Counted from the stretch's first letter, positions 39,506 to 50,702 are shown. The stretch is 64,000 nucleotides of DNA from Synechococcus sp. (GCA_047285305.1 JBJBDL010000003.1:1792001-1856000), one strand, 5' to 3'. Numbers and translations are program-made. The notes: a model not told the origin generated them from the letters alone.

Positions 39506-40476
39506 GAAGCGGAGCGGGCAGGGTCAAGCTGAACCTCCAGGTGGCGGGCCAGCAGTGCCATGGCGGTACACGCCAGCCAGTAAACCGCAGCAAGCCAGAG
39601 GTAAACCTCCAGATAGCGGCCGATGAAAGCCGGATTCGCCAACAGGCTGCGGCTGATGCCTAGCAATTCCACCAAACCGAGAATGGCCATCAGGCTTGTG
39701 TTTTGCAGCAGACCCACCGCCTGGTTGGTGAGCGATGGAAGTGCAACCCGCAGCGCCTGCGGCAGCACCACCAATTGCAGCACTTGACGTGGCGACAGCC
39801 CCAGCACGGCTGCAGCTTCTCGCTGGGTGGGCGGAATCGCCTGCAGGCCACCGCGCACATCCTCTGCGATGTAGGCCGCTGCAAACAATGCGAAGGCCAC
39901 AACCGCCCGCAGAACCCGATTGATCTCAAGCCCTGGCGGGAGGAACAACGGGATCAGCAGTTGTCCAAAGAACAGAACCGCAATCAACGGCACAGCTCGC
40001 ATCAACTCGATGTAAGCGGCGCTGCTCCAACACAACACCGGCATCTCACTGCGCCGGCCGAGGGCCAGGAGGATCCCCAATGGAAGCGCCAAAGCTCCAC
40101 TGCCTCCCGTGAGCAGCAGCGTGAGCGTCAGACCACCCCAACTGCGTGTCCCCACCGGCAGCAAGCCCAAACCTCCGGCCAACAGCCAGAGCCCCAGCGG
40201 TGCCATCGCGATCCAGACCAACGGCAACCAACGACGAACCCAGCCACGCTTCGGGCCAGTGAGGGTAAGCAGCGTCAGCGTGATCAGTGCTGTCATCCAC
40301 AGCAACGGACGCCAGCGTTGATCCGCAGGAAAACTGCCCACCGCATAGAGCGGGATATTAGTGGTCACCACAGACCAGTCGGCTGCAACCAGCAGCCAAT
40401 GCAGAATTGACCAGCCAGCCCATCCAATCAAAGCCAGCAGCAGCAGGGTGATCCCACGATCCAACCAACGGTTCAT
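39502..40476 (-). CDS. amino acid ABC transporter permease
   Basis: YIELMRAVPL; EAA loop. Confidence 0.93.
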   Translation of the reverse strand: MNRWLDRGITLLLLALIGWAGWSILHWLLVAADWSVVTTNIPLYAVGSFPADQRWRPLLWMTALITLTLLTLTGPKRGWVRRWLPLVWIAMAPLGLWLLAGGLGLLPVGTRSWGGLTLTLLLTGGSGALALPLGILLALGRRSEMPVLCWSSAAYIELMRAVPLIAVLFFGQLLIPLFLPPGLEINRVLRAVVAFALFAAAYIAEDVRGGLQAIPPTQREAAAVLGLSPRQVLQLVVLPQALRVALPSLTNQAVGLLQNTSLMAILGLVELLGISRSLLANPAFIGRYLEVYLWLAAVYWLACTAMALLARHLEVQLDPARSAS

Positions 40477-41366
40477 CAGCGGCTCCTGTTCAGACGACCC
40501 AGCACGGCACGGTTCAAGGCAGCCATGCCTCCGCTGATCAACAAATTCAGCAGCAGGAAGCTGAGCAACAGCAGCAAGAAGCCCTCAATGGCGCGGCCGG
40601 TTTGGGTGATGGTGGTGTCACTGACGGCGTAGAGATCGGCGTAGCCCACGGCAATGGACAGGGTGCTGTTCTTGGCGAGATTGAGGTACTGGCTCGTGAG
40701 CGCAGGAAGAATCGCCGGCAGAGCCTGCGGCAACACAATCCGACGCAGGCCAAGCCCTTCTCCAAGCCCAAGGCTGCGAAAGGCCTCCCACTGGCCCCGT
40801 GGCACCGCGTTGATGCCACCGCGCACGATCTCTGCAATCGTCGCACCCGTGAACACCGTGAGCCCCACAAGAACCGCACAAAATTCAACGCTGAGGTTCA
40901 GGCCCAACAGCTGAATGCCCTGATTCGAAAGCCGGATCAACCCACCGATCGGCACCGACGGAAGGCCGAGGAAGGCAACGAAATACCAGAACAGCAACTG
41001 CAGGAGCAGAGGAACCTGACGAATCAAGGCCACGTATCCCCCAGCCAGTCTGCGCAGCAGACGGTTGTTGCTACCGCGAGCTGCACCGGCAGCCACACCC
41101 AGGCCGGTGGCCAACACCAGGCCAGCCGCGATCACCTTGAGGCTATTCAGCCAACCGATGGTCAGGGCCCAGAGGTAGCTATCTGATGGGGCATAGGGGA
41201 GAGCTGTTTCAGCCAGAGCAAAACCAGCGGGTCGGCCCAGCCAGCCAAAACCCAGTCCCAAGCCAGTTCGGATCAGGTTGACCACCAGATTGTTGACCAG
41301 CAGAGCCAGAAGGCCCAGCAGTACAGCGGCGACACCAACCTGAACCAGGAGACGACGCTTCCGCAT
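40476..41366 (-). CDS. amino acid ABC transporter permease
   Basis: AEIVRGGI..VPRGQWEA; NLAKNSTL. Confidence 0.93.
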   Translation of the reverse strand: MRKRRLLVQVGVAAVLLGLLALLVNNLVVNLIRTGLGLGFGWLGRPAGFALAETALPYAPSDSYLWALTIGWLNSLKVIAAGLVLATGLGVAAGAARGSNNRLLRRLAGGYVALIRQVPLLLQLLFWYFVAFLGLPSVPIGGLIRLSNQGIQLLGLNLSVEFCAVLVGLTVFTGATIAEIVRGGINAVPRGQWEAFRSLGLGEGLGLRRIVLPQALPAILPALTSQYLNLAKNSTLSIAVGYADLYAVSDTTITQTGRAIEGFLLLLLSFLLLNLLISGGMAALNRAVLGRLNRSR

Positions 41367-42427
41367 CAGGTGAACGGTGGGGAAATCATCAAACCACCTT
41401 CACCGGCCAGCCGGTTCGCCCCCCGGGGAATCGCCACGGCACTATCCGGTCCGAGATGGCGGTTGTAGATCTCGCCGTAATTACCGGTGGCACGGATCAC
41501 CTGAACGACAAAGTCATCGGCGAGTTCGAGTTTGCGACCCAGGCCTGGATCCACACCCAAAAAACGCCGCAGAGCGGTCTGGGAGGGGTCAGCTGTGGCT
41601 TGCTTCAACACCGCATCAACATTCGCTTGGGTGATGCCCCTTTCCTCGGCTTCGATCAGAGCGTTGATCACCCAGGTCATGGCATCACCCATGGGCTGAT
41701 CCCCCCCCACCACACCTGGAGCCAGGGGCTCCTTGCTGATCCGGTCTTCGAGGATCTGATGCGCCTGGGGATCACTGAACCCTGAGCGTGCCGCCGCCAG
41801 TTGCGAGCGATCAGACGTCATGGCTGCGCAGCGCCCCTGGAGGTAGCCGCCCACCACCTGATTGAGATCTTGATATTTGATAGGTGTGTAGGGAAGCCCC
41901 TCGAAGGCGAAGGCGTCGTTGAGGTTTTGCTCGGTTGTGGTGCCCGATCCCACGCAAATAGACTTGCCGCTTAGGTCAGCCAGCGAACGAACTCCGCTGG
42001 CGGCATTCACCATCAAGCCCTGTCCGTCGTGGAACACCACAGGACCAAAGCGCAGCCCATTACCCCCAATCGCATCGCGGCTGAGGGTGTGGGTGGTGTT
42101 GCGAGACAACAGATCGATCTCGCCCGATCGCAAGGCCGTGAACCGCTCGGGCGCGGTTAAAGGCCGGTATTGAACCTTCTCAGCGTCACCAACGAAAGCA
42201 GCAGCCATGGCACGGCAGATGTCGACATCCAGGCCGGTGTAACGCCCATCAGGACTGAGAAAACTGAAGCCTGGAATCTTGCCGCTCACCCCGCAAAGCA
42301 ACTCGCCGCGCTCTTTGACCAGATCCAGACGCGAGCCAGCTGCACTGTCCAGTGACGCGCAGGACGCCAGGAACGAGGACAACCCGGCCAACGCAACGAT
42401 CAGAACACGTGAACTGGATCGGAACAT
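41366..42427 (-). CDS. amino acid ABC transporter substrate-binding protein (AapJ-like)
   Basis: GLDVDICRA, RFTAL.SGEIDLLSRNTT, GNYGEIY. Confidence 0.93.
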   Translation of the reverse strand: MFRSSSRVLIVALAGLSSFLASCASLDSAAGSRLDLVKERGELLCGVSGKIPGFSFLSPDGRYTGLDVDICRAMAAAFVGDAEKVQYRPLTAPERFTALRSGEIDLLSRNTTHTLSRDAIGGNGLRFGPVVFHDGQGLMVNAASGVRSLADLSGKSICVGSGTTTEQNLNDAFAFEGLPYTPIKYQDLNQVVGGYLQGRCAAMTSDRSQLAAARSGFSDPQAHQILEDRISKEPLAPGVVGGDQPMGDAMTWVINALIEAEERGITQANVDAVLKQATADPSQTALRRFLGVDPGLGRKLELADDFVVQVIRATGNYGEIYNRHLGPDSAVAIPRGANRLAGEGGLMISPPFT

Positions 42428-42517
42428 CAGCGTTGGTGCGGATCGGGTGGGATTGTCCCAGATCCCGAGCACATCCCCGACGTCCGACCTACGTACACGG
42501 CAATAAGCCTGGCTGAA

Positions 42518-42840
42518 ATGAAGGTCTGGGCCTGCCTTCTGGCCGGGCTGATCGCTGGAACCCCGACTCCCGGTGCTGTCGCGTGGGACGAGCACGACCG
42601 TTGTACTTACAACAACAAGATGGCGCTGTTGGTCTTTCTTCTAGAGATTGCTCAGCAACGGGCCGGACGTGATGTTCAAACCCTTTGCCTGTTGATGAGC
42701 ATCAGCAACGACGTCACCGAGCGGTACGTGGAGACCTCCCTGAGGACATACAGATCCAGCGGCGGCTCATGGCGATGCACCAAGTCCTCAGGGCCTGTGT
42801 TGCCAACCAAGCCGAGGCTCATGCATGGGCTGATTCCTGA
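42518..42840 (+). pseudogene. secreted hypothetical protein with apparent frameshift near 42738
   Basis: Alternative frame continues [33 protein letters not shown] to 42840. Confidence 0.5.
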
Positions 42841-44381
42841 CCGCCGATCCGCTCGAACAGATCAAGGCTTTCTTCGTTCAGGCCAATCACGCTCACCACA
42901 GATCCACCGCTGCGGTATTTGCGGATGACCTGATCAAGCGCAGCCACGCCGCTCTGGTCCCAGATGTGGGCTTGGGAGAGGTCAATCGTGATGCGCTCGG
43001 GATGCTCGTGAAGATCAAATCCCTGGAGGAAATACACCTTGCTCACAAAAAACAGCTGCCCCTGCACCCGGTACAACCGCTCCTGATCGCTGATCTCGAC
43101 GGCCTCCACCTGAATCACCTTGGCCACCTTGCGACTGAACAGAATTCCTGCCAGCGCCACGCCAGCCAACACGCCAAGGGCGAGGTTGTGCGGGGTGGTG
43201 AGCATCGTGACGGCAAAGGTCATCAGCATCACCGAGGTGTCGCTCTTGGGGATGCGACGCAGGTTGCTCAGGCCGTTGATGTCAGCGGTGCTGACAGCGA
43301 TGCTGATCATCACGGCCACAAGAGCCGCCATCGGAATTTGCTTGAGCCAGGGCCCAGCCAGCAGGATCATCGCCAGCAGGCTCACCCCCGAGAACAGGGT
43401 GGACAGTCGCGTGCGGCCGCCGTTGTCCACATTCATCACGGACTGACCCACCAGGGCACAACCGGCCATGCCACCAAACAGGGAGGAAACGATGTTGGCG
43501 ATGCCTTGGCCCCGCGCCTCAACGTTTTTGTTGGTGGTGGTGTCGGTTTTGTCGTCGAGGATGTCCTGGGTCAGGAAGGTTTCCATCAGACCTACCAAAG
43601 AGATGGCCAAGGCGGTGGGAAGCACCAAGCCAAGGGTGTCCAAACTGAAGGGAACACCGCCTTCACCAAAGGGAAGGCTGAAGGAGGGCAGACCTGCAGG
43701 GAGGGTGCCGAGGCTGCTGACCGTGGGGATGTCGAAGCTGAATCCCACGCTGATTGCTGTCAACACAATGATGGCCACCAGCTGTGAAGGCACCACCCGG
43801 GTCAACCGGGGAAGGCCATAGATGATCACTAGGCCCAGCAGGACCAAGCCCCAGACGACTGGGATCTGGCCGCCATGGGGGAGCAACGACGAGGCCCCAT
43901 GGTCACTATCTCCAGCGTGAAGATTGAGACCGAGCTGGGGCAGCTGAGCCTGAAAAATCAGCAAAGCCAGTGCATTAACGAAGCCGCTCAGCACTCCTTG
44001 AGGAACAAAGCGCATCTGATAGGCAAGACGCATATACCCCCAGAGGATCTGCAGCAGACCCGTCACCAGCCCCGCCACCATCAGGTACTGGACCCCCAGG
44101 CCCGGCCCCCGGGCTTCACCGGTGGCCACAAGACCTGTCATCAACAGGGCGGTGGAGCCCGTGGCTGAGGTGATCATCGCCATGCGACCACCCACGACGG
44201 CGATGGTCAGCGACAGACAGAAGGCTCCGAACAGGCCGACTTTGGGGTCCACCCCAGCGATCCCCGAGAAGGCAATGGCCTCGGGAATCATCGCGAAAGC
44301 CACCACCAGACCCGAGAGCAGATCTTTGCTGGGATTGGCCAACCACTGATTCACCAGGGTTGGGCTGGATCGTTTGGCCAT
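42819..44381 (-). CDS. SulP family inorganic anion transporter
   Basis: [24 protein letters not shown]-terminal STAS. Confidence 0.93.
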   Translation of the reverse strand: MAKRSSPTLVNQWLANPSKDLLSGLVVAFAMIPEAIAFSGIAGVDPKVGLFGAFCLSLTIAVVGGRMAMITSATGSTALLMTGLVATGEARGPGLGVQYLMVAGLVTGLLQILWGYMRLAYQMRFVPQGVLSGFVNALALLIFQAQLPQLGLNLHAGDSDHGASSLLPHGGQIPVVWGLVLLGLVIIYGLPRLTRVVPSQLVAIIVLTAISVGFSFDIPTVSSLGTLPAGLPSFSLPFGEGGVPFSLDTLGLVLPTALAISLVGLMETFLTQDILDDKTDTTTNKNVEARGQGIANIVSSLFGGMAGCALVGQSVMNVDNGGRTRLSTLFSGVSLLAMILLAGPWLKQIPMAALVAVMISIAVSTADINGLSNLRRIPKSDTSVMLMTFAVTMLTTPHNLALGVLAGVALAGILFSRKVAKVIQVEAVEISDQERLYRVQGQLFFVSKVYFLQGFDLHEHPERITIDLSQAHIWDQSGVAALDQVIRKYRSGGSVVSVIGLNEESLDLFERIGGQESAHA

Positions 44382-44411
44382 CTAATGATGCCGGTTAGGG
44401 GCGACCGTAAA

Positions 44412-45617
44412 TCAGAGCGTCGGCAGGGTGCCTGCTGGATCCAAGCGCTGTTTCAGCTTTCGCAACTCGGGCAACCAGGAGCCGAACGCTGCCTGCAACT
44501 CCTTGTGATGAAAGGGCAGATGGTCATGAAACTGCGCCAGATGCACACCAGGGCAGACCGACTGAAGGACCAGCCAGACCTCCTCCAACCAAGCAAGACT
44601 GCGCCTCTGGCCCTGGGCATCCCCAGGAGTCCAGGCGGCGGTGATCCAGGGCTTCCACTCGGCAGCGCGGTGCACGAACGAGCTGGCCTCCACGGCAGCC
44701 TCTTGCGTCGCCCCCCCCAGCTGCTGACAGGCCAGGCTGCAGAACAGATGAGGACGATGCTGCAGCAAACGGCATAAATCCGGCATCACGGCCCCCCAGA
44801 GCTCAGCAGCTGCCGGCCCCAGCAATCCAACCACCTCCGTGTGAGATCGCGAAGGCATCGGAGCCGATCCCCGCAAAGGTGGGAGCTGGTGCAACCCATC
44901 GATCTTCTGCGCACCGGCCCAAGGGGCATCGGCAATCCGGAGCAACTGCACCGCGTCAGCCCTCTCCCAATGCCACTGCAGGCTGGTGCTGGCGTTTGAC
45001 GCTTCCGCCTGGAGCATGAGCTCAGGGAGTTGATCCGAAGACACCACGCATTGCTCCACCCACAGCGGCAGGAGCGGCTGGGTGGCCATGCGCACCGCGC
45101 TCACCACCCCCAGAAACGGAGCTGCGCCGCAGAGGCCCCTCCACTCCAGCGAACCGGCATCGGCAGCCCGAGACAGGGCAAAGGGACTGCCATCACCCCA
45201 GACCCCATGGATCTCGAGCACTTGATCCACAGCAAGCCCCACCTGCCGGCTTAGCGGGCCCATGCCACCCGTGAGCACATAGCCAAGCCCAGGCAGACCC
45301 GACAAACCAGCCGCCACGGTTCGGCCATAGGGAAGCAAGGCCTCCAGCACGTCTCCCATCCGGCAGCCCGCTCCAATCCAGACCGACTGATCAGCAGGCT
45401 GCCACTCCACACGTTGGAAATGGGTTTGCAGATCAAGGGTCCAGTGGTCGGCCACGGCGGCCCGAGATGTAGTGCCCCCGCCACAGAGACGCAGCGGCCG
45501 CGGGCCGGACCAGTCCTGAACCAAAGCCGCCAACTCCTCTGGTCGAGGGGAGACCAGACCGGATCGCCTCGCATCAGCCGCCTGCGCATTGAAGAAAACG
45601 GGACGGTCTGAATCCAT
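44412..45617 (-). CDS. FAD-linked oxidoreductase
   Basis: GYVLTGGMGPLSR..GLAVD; C-terminal LRKLKQRLDP. Confidence 0.82.
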   Translation of the reverse strand: MDSDRPVFFNAQAADARRSGLVSPRPEELAALVQDWSGPRPLRLCGGGTTSRAAVADHWTLDLQTHFQRVEWQPADQSVWIGAGCRMGDVLEALLPYGRTVAAGLSGLPGLGYVLTGGMGPLSRQVGLAVDQVLEIHGVWGDGSPFALSRAADAGSLEWRGLCGAAPFLGVVSAVRMATQPLLPLWVEQCVVSSDQLPELMLQAEASNASTSLQWHWERADAVQLLRIADAPWAGAQKIDGLHQLPPLRGSAPMPSRSHTEVVGLLGPAAAELWGAVMPDLCRLLQHRPHLFCSLACQQLGGATQEAAVEASSFVHRAAEWKPWITAAWTPGDAQGQRRSLAWLEEVWLVLQSVCPGVHLAQFHDHLPFHHKELQAAFGSWLPELRKLKQRLDPAGTLPTL

Positions 45618-45644
45618 TGCGATGCGACCGATATAGTCAAACCA

Positions 45645-46745
45645 TTGGAACAGCAGAGCGACCTTTTGGCCGAACAGCACGCAGAAACCGGTAACGAGCG
45701 TCTTGGCGTTCTGATCTGCGGCCACGGAAGTCGCAACAGACTGGCCGTTGAAGAGTTCGCCCAGATGGTCGACGCCCTGCGGCCTCGGCTCACCCCGATG
45801 CCGGTGGAACACGGCTACCTGGAATTTGCCCGCCCCATCCTTCGGGATGGCCTTGAGGCACTTCGGCAGAAAGGGGTCACCAAGGTGCTGGCCATTCCCG
45901 CAATGCTTTTCGCAGCGGGGCATACCAAGAACGACATCCCCTCTGTTCTGAACAGGTACACGGCCGAAACGGGTTTACCGATCGATTACGGCCGGGAGCT
46001 GGGGGTGGACCGGTTGATGGTGTCGGCCGCCGGGGCTCGCGTTCAGGAGTGCCTGGATGCGGCGAAGCAAGACATTCCATTGGACGAAACCCTGCTGGTG
46101 GTGGTGGGTCGAGGCTCCTCGGATCCAGACGCCAACTCCAACGTGGCCAAGGTGACGCGGCTGCTGGTGGAAGGATTTGGTTTCGGCTGGGGAGAAACGG
46201 TGTATTCGGGCGTGACCTTCCCCCTGGTGGAACCGGGGCTTCGTCACGCCGTGAAGCTCGGCTTCCGCCGGGTGGTGGTGGTGCCCTATTTCCTCTTTTC
46301 AGGGGTTCTGGTGAGCCGAATCCGCCAACACACCGAGCTGGTGGCTGCCGATCATCCCGAGGTGGAGTTTCTCGCTGCGGGCTATTTGGGCGACCACACC
46401 CTGGTGGTGGATACCTTCAAAGAACGGGTCGAGGAGGTGTTGCGGGGGGACACCGCCATGAACTGCTCGCTCTGCAAGTACCGCGCCCAGGTGCTGGGCT
46501 TCGAAGAGGACGTGGGACGCGCCCAGGAAAGCCACCACCACCATGTGGAAGGCCTTGCGGAAAGCTGCACGCTTTGCGAACTGGAGTGCACCGGTGCCTG
46601 CCAACCCGACGGCATCCCGATTGGCCATGACCACAGCCACCCTTCAGACCACAGCCATGACCACCATCACCCCCCTTATCCCCACGCCGACCATCCCCTG
46701 GGACCTACCACGTTGAGGCGCAACAATGGCGCGCCTAAAGATTGA
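45645..46745 (+). CDS. cbiX: sirohydrochlorin cobaltochelatase
   Basis: CGHGSR, GRGSSD, MNCSLCKY; His-rich tail. Confidence 0.92.
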   Translation: MEQQSDLLAEQHAETGNERLGVLICGHGSRNRLAVEEFAQMVDALRPRLTPMPVEHGYLEFARPILRDGLEALRQKGVTKVLAIPAMLFAAGHTKNDIPSVLNRYTAETGLPIDYGRELGVDRLMVSAAGARVQECLDAAKQDIPLDETLLVVVGRGSSDPDANSNVAKVTRLLVEGFGFGWGETVYSGVTFPLVEPGLRHAVKLGFRRVVVVPYFLFSGVLVSRIRQHTELVAADHPEVEFLAAGYLGDHTLVVDTFKERVEEVLRGDTAMNCSLCKYRAQVLGFEEDVGRAQESHHHHVEGLAESCTLCELECTGACQPDGIPIGHDHSHPSDHSHDHHHPPYPHADHPLGPTTLRRNNGAPKD

Positions 46746-46871
46746 TTCCATGGATCCAAAGAGAACCTGCTGATGACTTGTCGCCAATGACACGGTTCTC
46801 GAAAGCGACAGCAGCGACGAAGCAAGGATCAGCTTTTCTTATCGTAATCGCTTCGCCAAGTTTCGCCCCCT

Positions 46872-46902
46872 TTTTCCACACAAAAAAACGTCGTTTTCCA
46901 CA
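46872..46902 (+). promoter_or_regulatory. two DnaA-box-like motifs
   Basis: TTTTCCACA at 46872 and 46894, 22 bp apart. Confidence 0.4.
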
Positions 46903-47150
46903 GGCTGAAGTTCGCTCGTCCGATGTGACGGTCAACCTGTGAATTTCCAAGGGAATCGCACCACTGGGTTGACAGACCGTCTATCCGACCTAGAGCAACC
47001 GCACCTCGCCACTTCCGGTACTCTCAAACCCAGTCACAGACTTCTGTCTCATCTCGTCTCACCCGCAATCCAACAAATGGCGACGGCTTTGACGCAAGCG
47101 CCGGTTGTGTGGCTTTCTTGGTGGGCGTTGGATAGGGACAAGCTGGAAGA

Positions 47151-47417
47151 ATGGATCGAAATCACCTCGAGCGATGCCATGAGATGGGAACCACGGAGCG
47201 CGGGACTGCTTCGAAAGCCAGCTACGTGAGCCTTGAGTCGGAAATCCCAGAGGTGCTCTATCGAGGCATGAAGGATTTCATCGGAGAGCACCCCAGCTGG
47301 GACCAATACCGAGTTATGAGTTCTGCTCTTGCCCACTTCCTGTTTCAGAACGGCTGCGACGACCGCGCTGTGACCGAGCGCTATCTCGACGATCTGTTCA
47401 TCCGCCCCGACCACTGA
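47151..47417 (+). CDS. DUF2811-like protein
   Basis: SLESEIPEVL..GMKDFI..HPSWDQYRV..ALAHFLFQNG. Confidence 0.85.
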   Translation: MDRNHLERCHEMGTTERGTASKASYVSLESEIPEVLYRGMKDFIGEHPSWDQYRVMSSALAHFLFQNGCDDRAVTERYLDDLFIRPDH

Positions 47418-49041
47418 GGGCCAGCAGGCAGGCCCGACGGCTCAAGGCCATCATCGTCAGCGTTGGGCTCTGCCAGGCCGACGTCGGCCAACAGGCGCCA
47501 TCCACCACAAGAACGTTGGGAGCGCGCCAAAGACGGTTGGAGGAATCAACGACGCTGCTGTTCTCGCTTCCCCCCATCGCAGCCCCTCCCACCTCATGGA
47601 TGTAATACCCAGGGGGAGCTGCACCTTCAGACAGCGCAACAGCGCCCTCCAGGAAAGGTTCAACCAAGGGGAGATAAAAAAGGTCTTTGATCGATTTGGC
47701 ATCGCCCCCGGCGGCGGCGATACAGGCCTGGATCGAGGCGCGCATGTGCCTCACCATGGCCAGTTCATTGCTGCTCCAACGGCAGGCAATCCGGGGAACA
47801 CGCACACCCCAGCGATCCGTACGCTCACTCAAAGTCACCCTGTTGTCAGCCCTGGGAAGAACTTCGCCGTGACCAATCAGGAACCCGGTGATGCTTGAAG
47901 GGCGACGCCGTAACCATCGCGGCGGATCAAACCGTCCAATGCCACCCCAGAGGCCATAGCCGCCCTGAAAATCAGCCGATGGCAGGTGTCGGCCAAACGG
48001 AACGAAAAAACTTCCAGCGCCCGTGAGCATGGGCTGCTCCCCCTGAACAGGCTCGGAGACGGCAAAAAACTGCGATGTGGAGACATGGTCCATCAAACGT
48101 GTGCCCAGTCGTCCCGAAGGGTCGTCCAGTCCGTTGCTCTGTTCGCCACGACGGGAGCGCAACAGGATGGAGACGGTCTGAATCGTGGAAGCAGCCAGGA
48201 CCACGAGATCCGTCTTCAACTCCCTGCGGTTGCCATTGGATTGATCAACGGCAACCACACCAATGGCTTTATCTCCACCGGCATCCATCAAAAGATGCTC
48301 CACCAAATGCCCAGAGAGCAGCTGGGTGCGTCCTGTGGCAATGGCGCGAGGAAGGCTGCTGCCGCGACTGCTGGAGCGCGGCCAGGCGGGATCTTCTCCC
48401 TGCGGCGCCGGACCAAAACCCCTTGAGGGAATCACGGGATACCCCAACCGTTGCCGCACAGCTTCAGCAAAACGCTGTTCCGCGGGCGTCGCCGCCAGAG
48501 CCGGTTGCGTTTCGCCGTCCGGCAAATGCTGCAAACCATCGCGCCCACCATGAACGCCCAGCCAGCGCTCCAGTTCGGCGTAGTGAGGTGTCAGCTCACC
48601 GCTGCGCAATGGCCAACGGACCTGTTCACCCTCCACATCCACACCGCCCAGATCCTCATCCGAGAGACGCAGGGTGATGCCACCCCAGGTGAGGCTGCGG
48701 CCGCCAACCTGCAGGCCTCGCGTCCACAGAAACGGCTGATCCACCGGGTGCTCATAGGGATGCAGACGCTCATCGGCATACAGACGAGGGTTGGCTTTCC
48801 AGTAGCCGGGATGCTGGGACTGCTGGCGATGGCTGCCGCTGGTCAGGCCCACGATCCGACGCAGCAGATTTCTCGGTTCAGCCCCGAAGGCTTGCGTGCT
48901 GTTGAGGTCAGGTCCTGCCTCCACCACAAGCACCCGAGCTCCTGCTTCAGCAAGGGTCATGGCGGCCACGCCGCCACTCGCTCCCGAGCCAACAACAATT
49001 GCGTCCCAGGGGCCATCGCAGTTCATGGAGCGACTGCTCAT
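47398..49041 (-). CDS. GMC family oxidoreductase
   Basis: GSGASGG, GGRSLTWGG, LMDH, HEVGGA.MG, PTLTMMAL. Confidence 0.92.
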   Translation of the reverse strand: MSSRSMNCDGPWDAIVVGSGASGGVAAMTLAEAGARVLVVEAGPDLNSTQAFGAEPRNLLRRIVGLTSGSHRQQSQHPGYWKANPRLYADERLHPYEHPVDQPFLWTRGLQVGGRSLTWGGITLRLSDEDLGGVDVEGEQVRWPLRSGELTPHYAELERWLGVHGGRDGLQHLPDGETQPALAATPAEQRFAEAVRQRLGYPVIPSRGFGPAPQGEDPAWPRSSSRGSSLPRAIATGRTQLLSGHLVEHLLMDAGGDKAIGVVAVDQSNGNRRELKTDLVVLAASTIQTVSILLRSRRGEQSNGLDDPSGRLGTRLMDHVSTSQFFAVSEPVQGEQPMLTGAGSFFVPFGRHLPSADFQGGYGLWGGIGRFDPPRWLRRRPSSITGFLIGHGEVLPRADNRVTLSERTDRWGVRVPRIACRWSSNELAMVRHMRASIQACIAAAGGDAKSIKDLFYLPLVEPFLEGAVALSEGAAPPGYYIHEVGGAAMGGSENSSVVDSSNRLWRAPNVLVVDGACWPTSAWQSPTLTMMALSRRACLLALSGRGG

Positions 49042-49056
49042 GGAGGTACCACAGAC

Positions 49057-49083
49057 AAAAAAAAATCTCCCTAGAGGGAGATT
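49057..49083 (-). terminator. terminator after tRNA-Met
   Basis: AATCTCCCT/AGGGAGATT stem followed by a T-run on the minus strand. Confidence 0.8.
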
Positions 49084-49100
49084 GTTGATTCAATCAGAGT

Positions 49101-49177
<77 letters not shown>

Positions 49178-49222
49178 GCGACTGAAAAATCATACATGTC
49201 GGTGTCGCAGGTGACAGCAAAG

Positions 49223-50191
49223 TCAGGACTGCAAGGCACCGGACACGCTGAGCTTGACGCTCGGGTTCACGACCAGCACCTGCTCATCGAGCTCGTCAAG
49301 CCCCATGGGTGTGAGCCACTCGAGTTGACGCAACAGATGCAGGGCAACCGCTTGCTTGGCACGACGGGAGCCGTCTTCGACCTTGATGGCTACTCCAAGA
49401 CCTTCACCAACGCGGCTAAGGCATTGAATGCCCTCTGCACCGCCCTTGCTCAAGACCTGACCGTGGCTGCGACGCATCAGCTCGGTGTCGAAACGTCCCT
49501 CACCCGCCACAAGGTCGGGGTGACTCAGCATCGCCCGACTGATCTGCTCGAGTTCGGCATGTTGTGAGGCACCGAGGTGGGCATAGAGCAAGGCCATCTG
49601 AGCCAGCTGCAACACCAGGGTGGGAGCACCACAGTCATCCCGTTCGGAAACCAATTCCTCAGCAGGCAAGCCGATCAGTTCAGCGACCCTGCGATTAACT
49701 TCGACCTGGAGAGGGTGGTCTTGCTGTAGATAGGTCTCGATCGGCCAGCCCATCTTTCGGCTGGTGGCGAGGAAGGCAGCGTGCTTGCCGGAACAATTGT
49801 GCTGAAGCGGACTGTCAGCCCCATTTGGCACAGGGCATTGAAGTGATGAGCTGTCCAACTCCGCTTTCCAGAGCAACCGGAAGGCTTCTCGGGCATGGGC
49901 ATTGGTGCCCGCATGGGACGCGCAGCTGATGGCGATGCCCCGTTCATCAACATCCAGCTGGTCGGCAGTTCCACTGCTGAGAAACGGCAGGGCCTGAAAG
50001 GGCTTCAGGGCCGAACGAATGAAACTTTCAAAGCCGGGGTTTCCTGCCGACATCAACACCCGTCCTCGGCCATCACAGACCACGGCATGAACGCGATGCA
50101 CCGATTCCGTGATCGATCCGCGCCGCAAGCAGACCTCAAGGGGGGCTGCCCCGGATCGGGCTGCAGGGCTGAAGCCCGAGGGCAAAGTCAT
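49223..50191 (-). CDS. asparaginase (L-asparaginase II family)
   Basis: RSALKPFQA, CASH, HNCSGKH, DCGAP, KGGAEG. Confidence 0.9.
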   Translation of the reverse strand: MTLPSGFSPAARSGAAPLEVCLRRGSITESVHRVHAVVCDGRGRVLMSAGNPGFESFIRSALKPFQALPFLSSGTADQLDVDERGIAISCASHAGTNAHAREAFRLLWKAELDSSSLQCPVPNGADSPLQHNCSGKHAAFLATSRKMGWPIETYLQQDHPLQVEVNRRVAELIGLPAEELVSERDDCGAPTLVLQLAQMALLYAHLGASQHAELEQISRAMLSHPDLVAGEGRFDTELMRRSHGQVLSKGGAEGIQCLSRVGEGLGVAIKVEDGSRRAKQAVALHLLRQLEWLTPMGLDELDEQVLVVNPSVKLSVSGALQS

Positions 50192-50207
50192 CGGAACCCC
50201 GATTGAT

Positions 50208-50702
50208 TCAGAGAGCCTGACAGAGACTGGCACCGGCCAGCATCAAACCCGCTGAGGTGGCCATGGCCCGTCCCAGACGACCCAGGATCGGACGAACCTC
50301 ATGCCGGGCCACCAGCAGATCGCGTTCCCGCCAGGAGAGAGGCTTTTCCCAAGTCTGCCCGTCGTACCAGCCGGATTCCTCATAGTCGACGGACTCACGC
50401 ATAAGCCGCTGCATGACGTACGTCCAGCCCAGCCATTGCCTCACCAGCAACAGTAGTGGGAGCACAAGAGCGGCCACAGCGGCTGCGGCCAGGAGCCGGG
50501 GCGGATCCTGCTTCAGGGTCCAACTCCCACTCGCGATCAGGCTGCACACCGGCAGCATCAGAAGCCAGAAGCCTGCAAGGCGTTGGCTCAGGCGAGGTTC
50601 CTGACCCGCTGGCCAGGAGAAGAACCATGACTCGCAGAGCTGTTGAAACTCCTCAAGAGGCCGCTGCTCCGGTGGAACGGGGCAGGACACCGCTTCTGGC
50701 AT
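50208..50702 (-). CDS. CGLD27/Ycf36 family protein
   Basis: CPVPPEQRP; YEESGWYDGQTWEKP. Confidence 0.92.
   Translation of the reverse strand: MPEAVSCPVPPEQRPLEEFQQLCESWFFSWPAGQEPRLSQRLAGFWLLMLPVCSLIASGSWTLKQDPPRLLAAAAVAALVLPLLLLVRQWLGWTYVMQRLMRESVDYEESGWYDGQTWEKPLSWRERDLLVARHEVRPILGRLGRAMATSAGLMLAGASLCQAL

Noticed and set aside
47050..47062. 13-nt complement (CATCTCGTCTCAC) to RNA copy B as a trans target
   Set aside because: One 13-mer match between several hundred query positions and 64 kb on two strands is roughly what chance gives.
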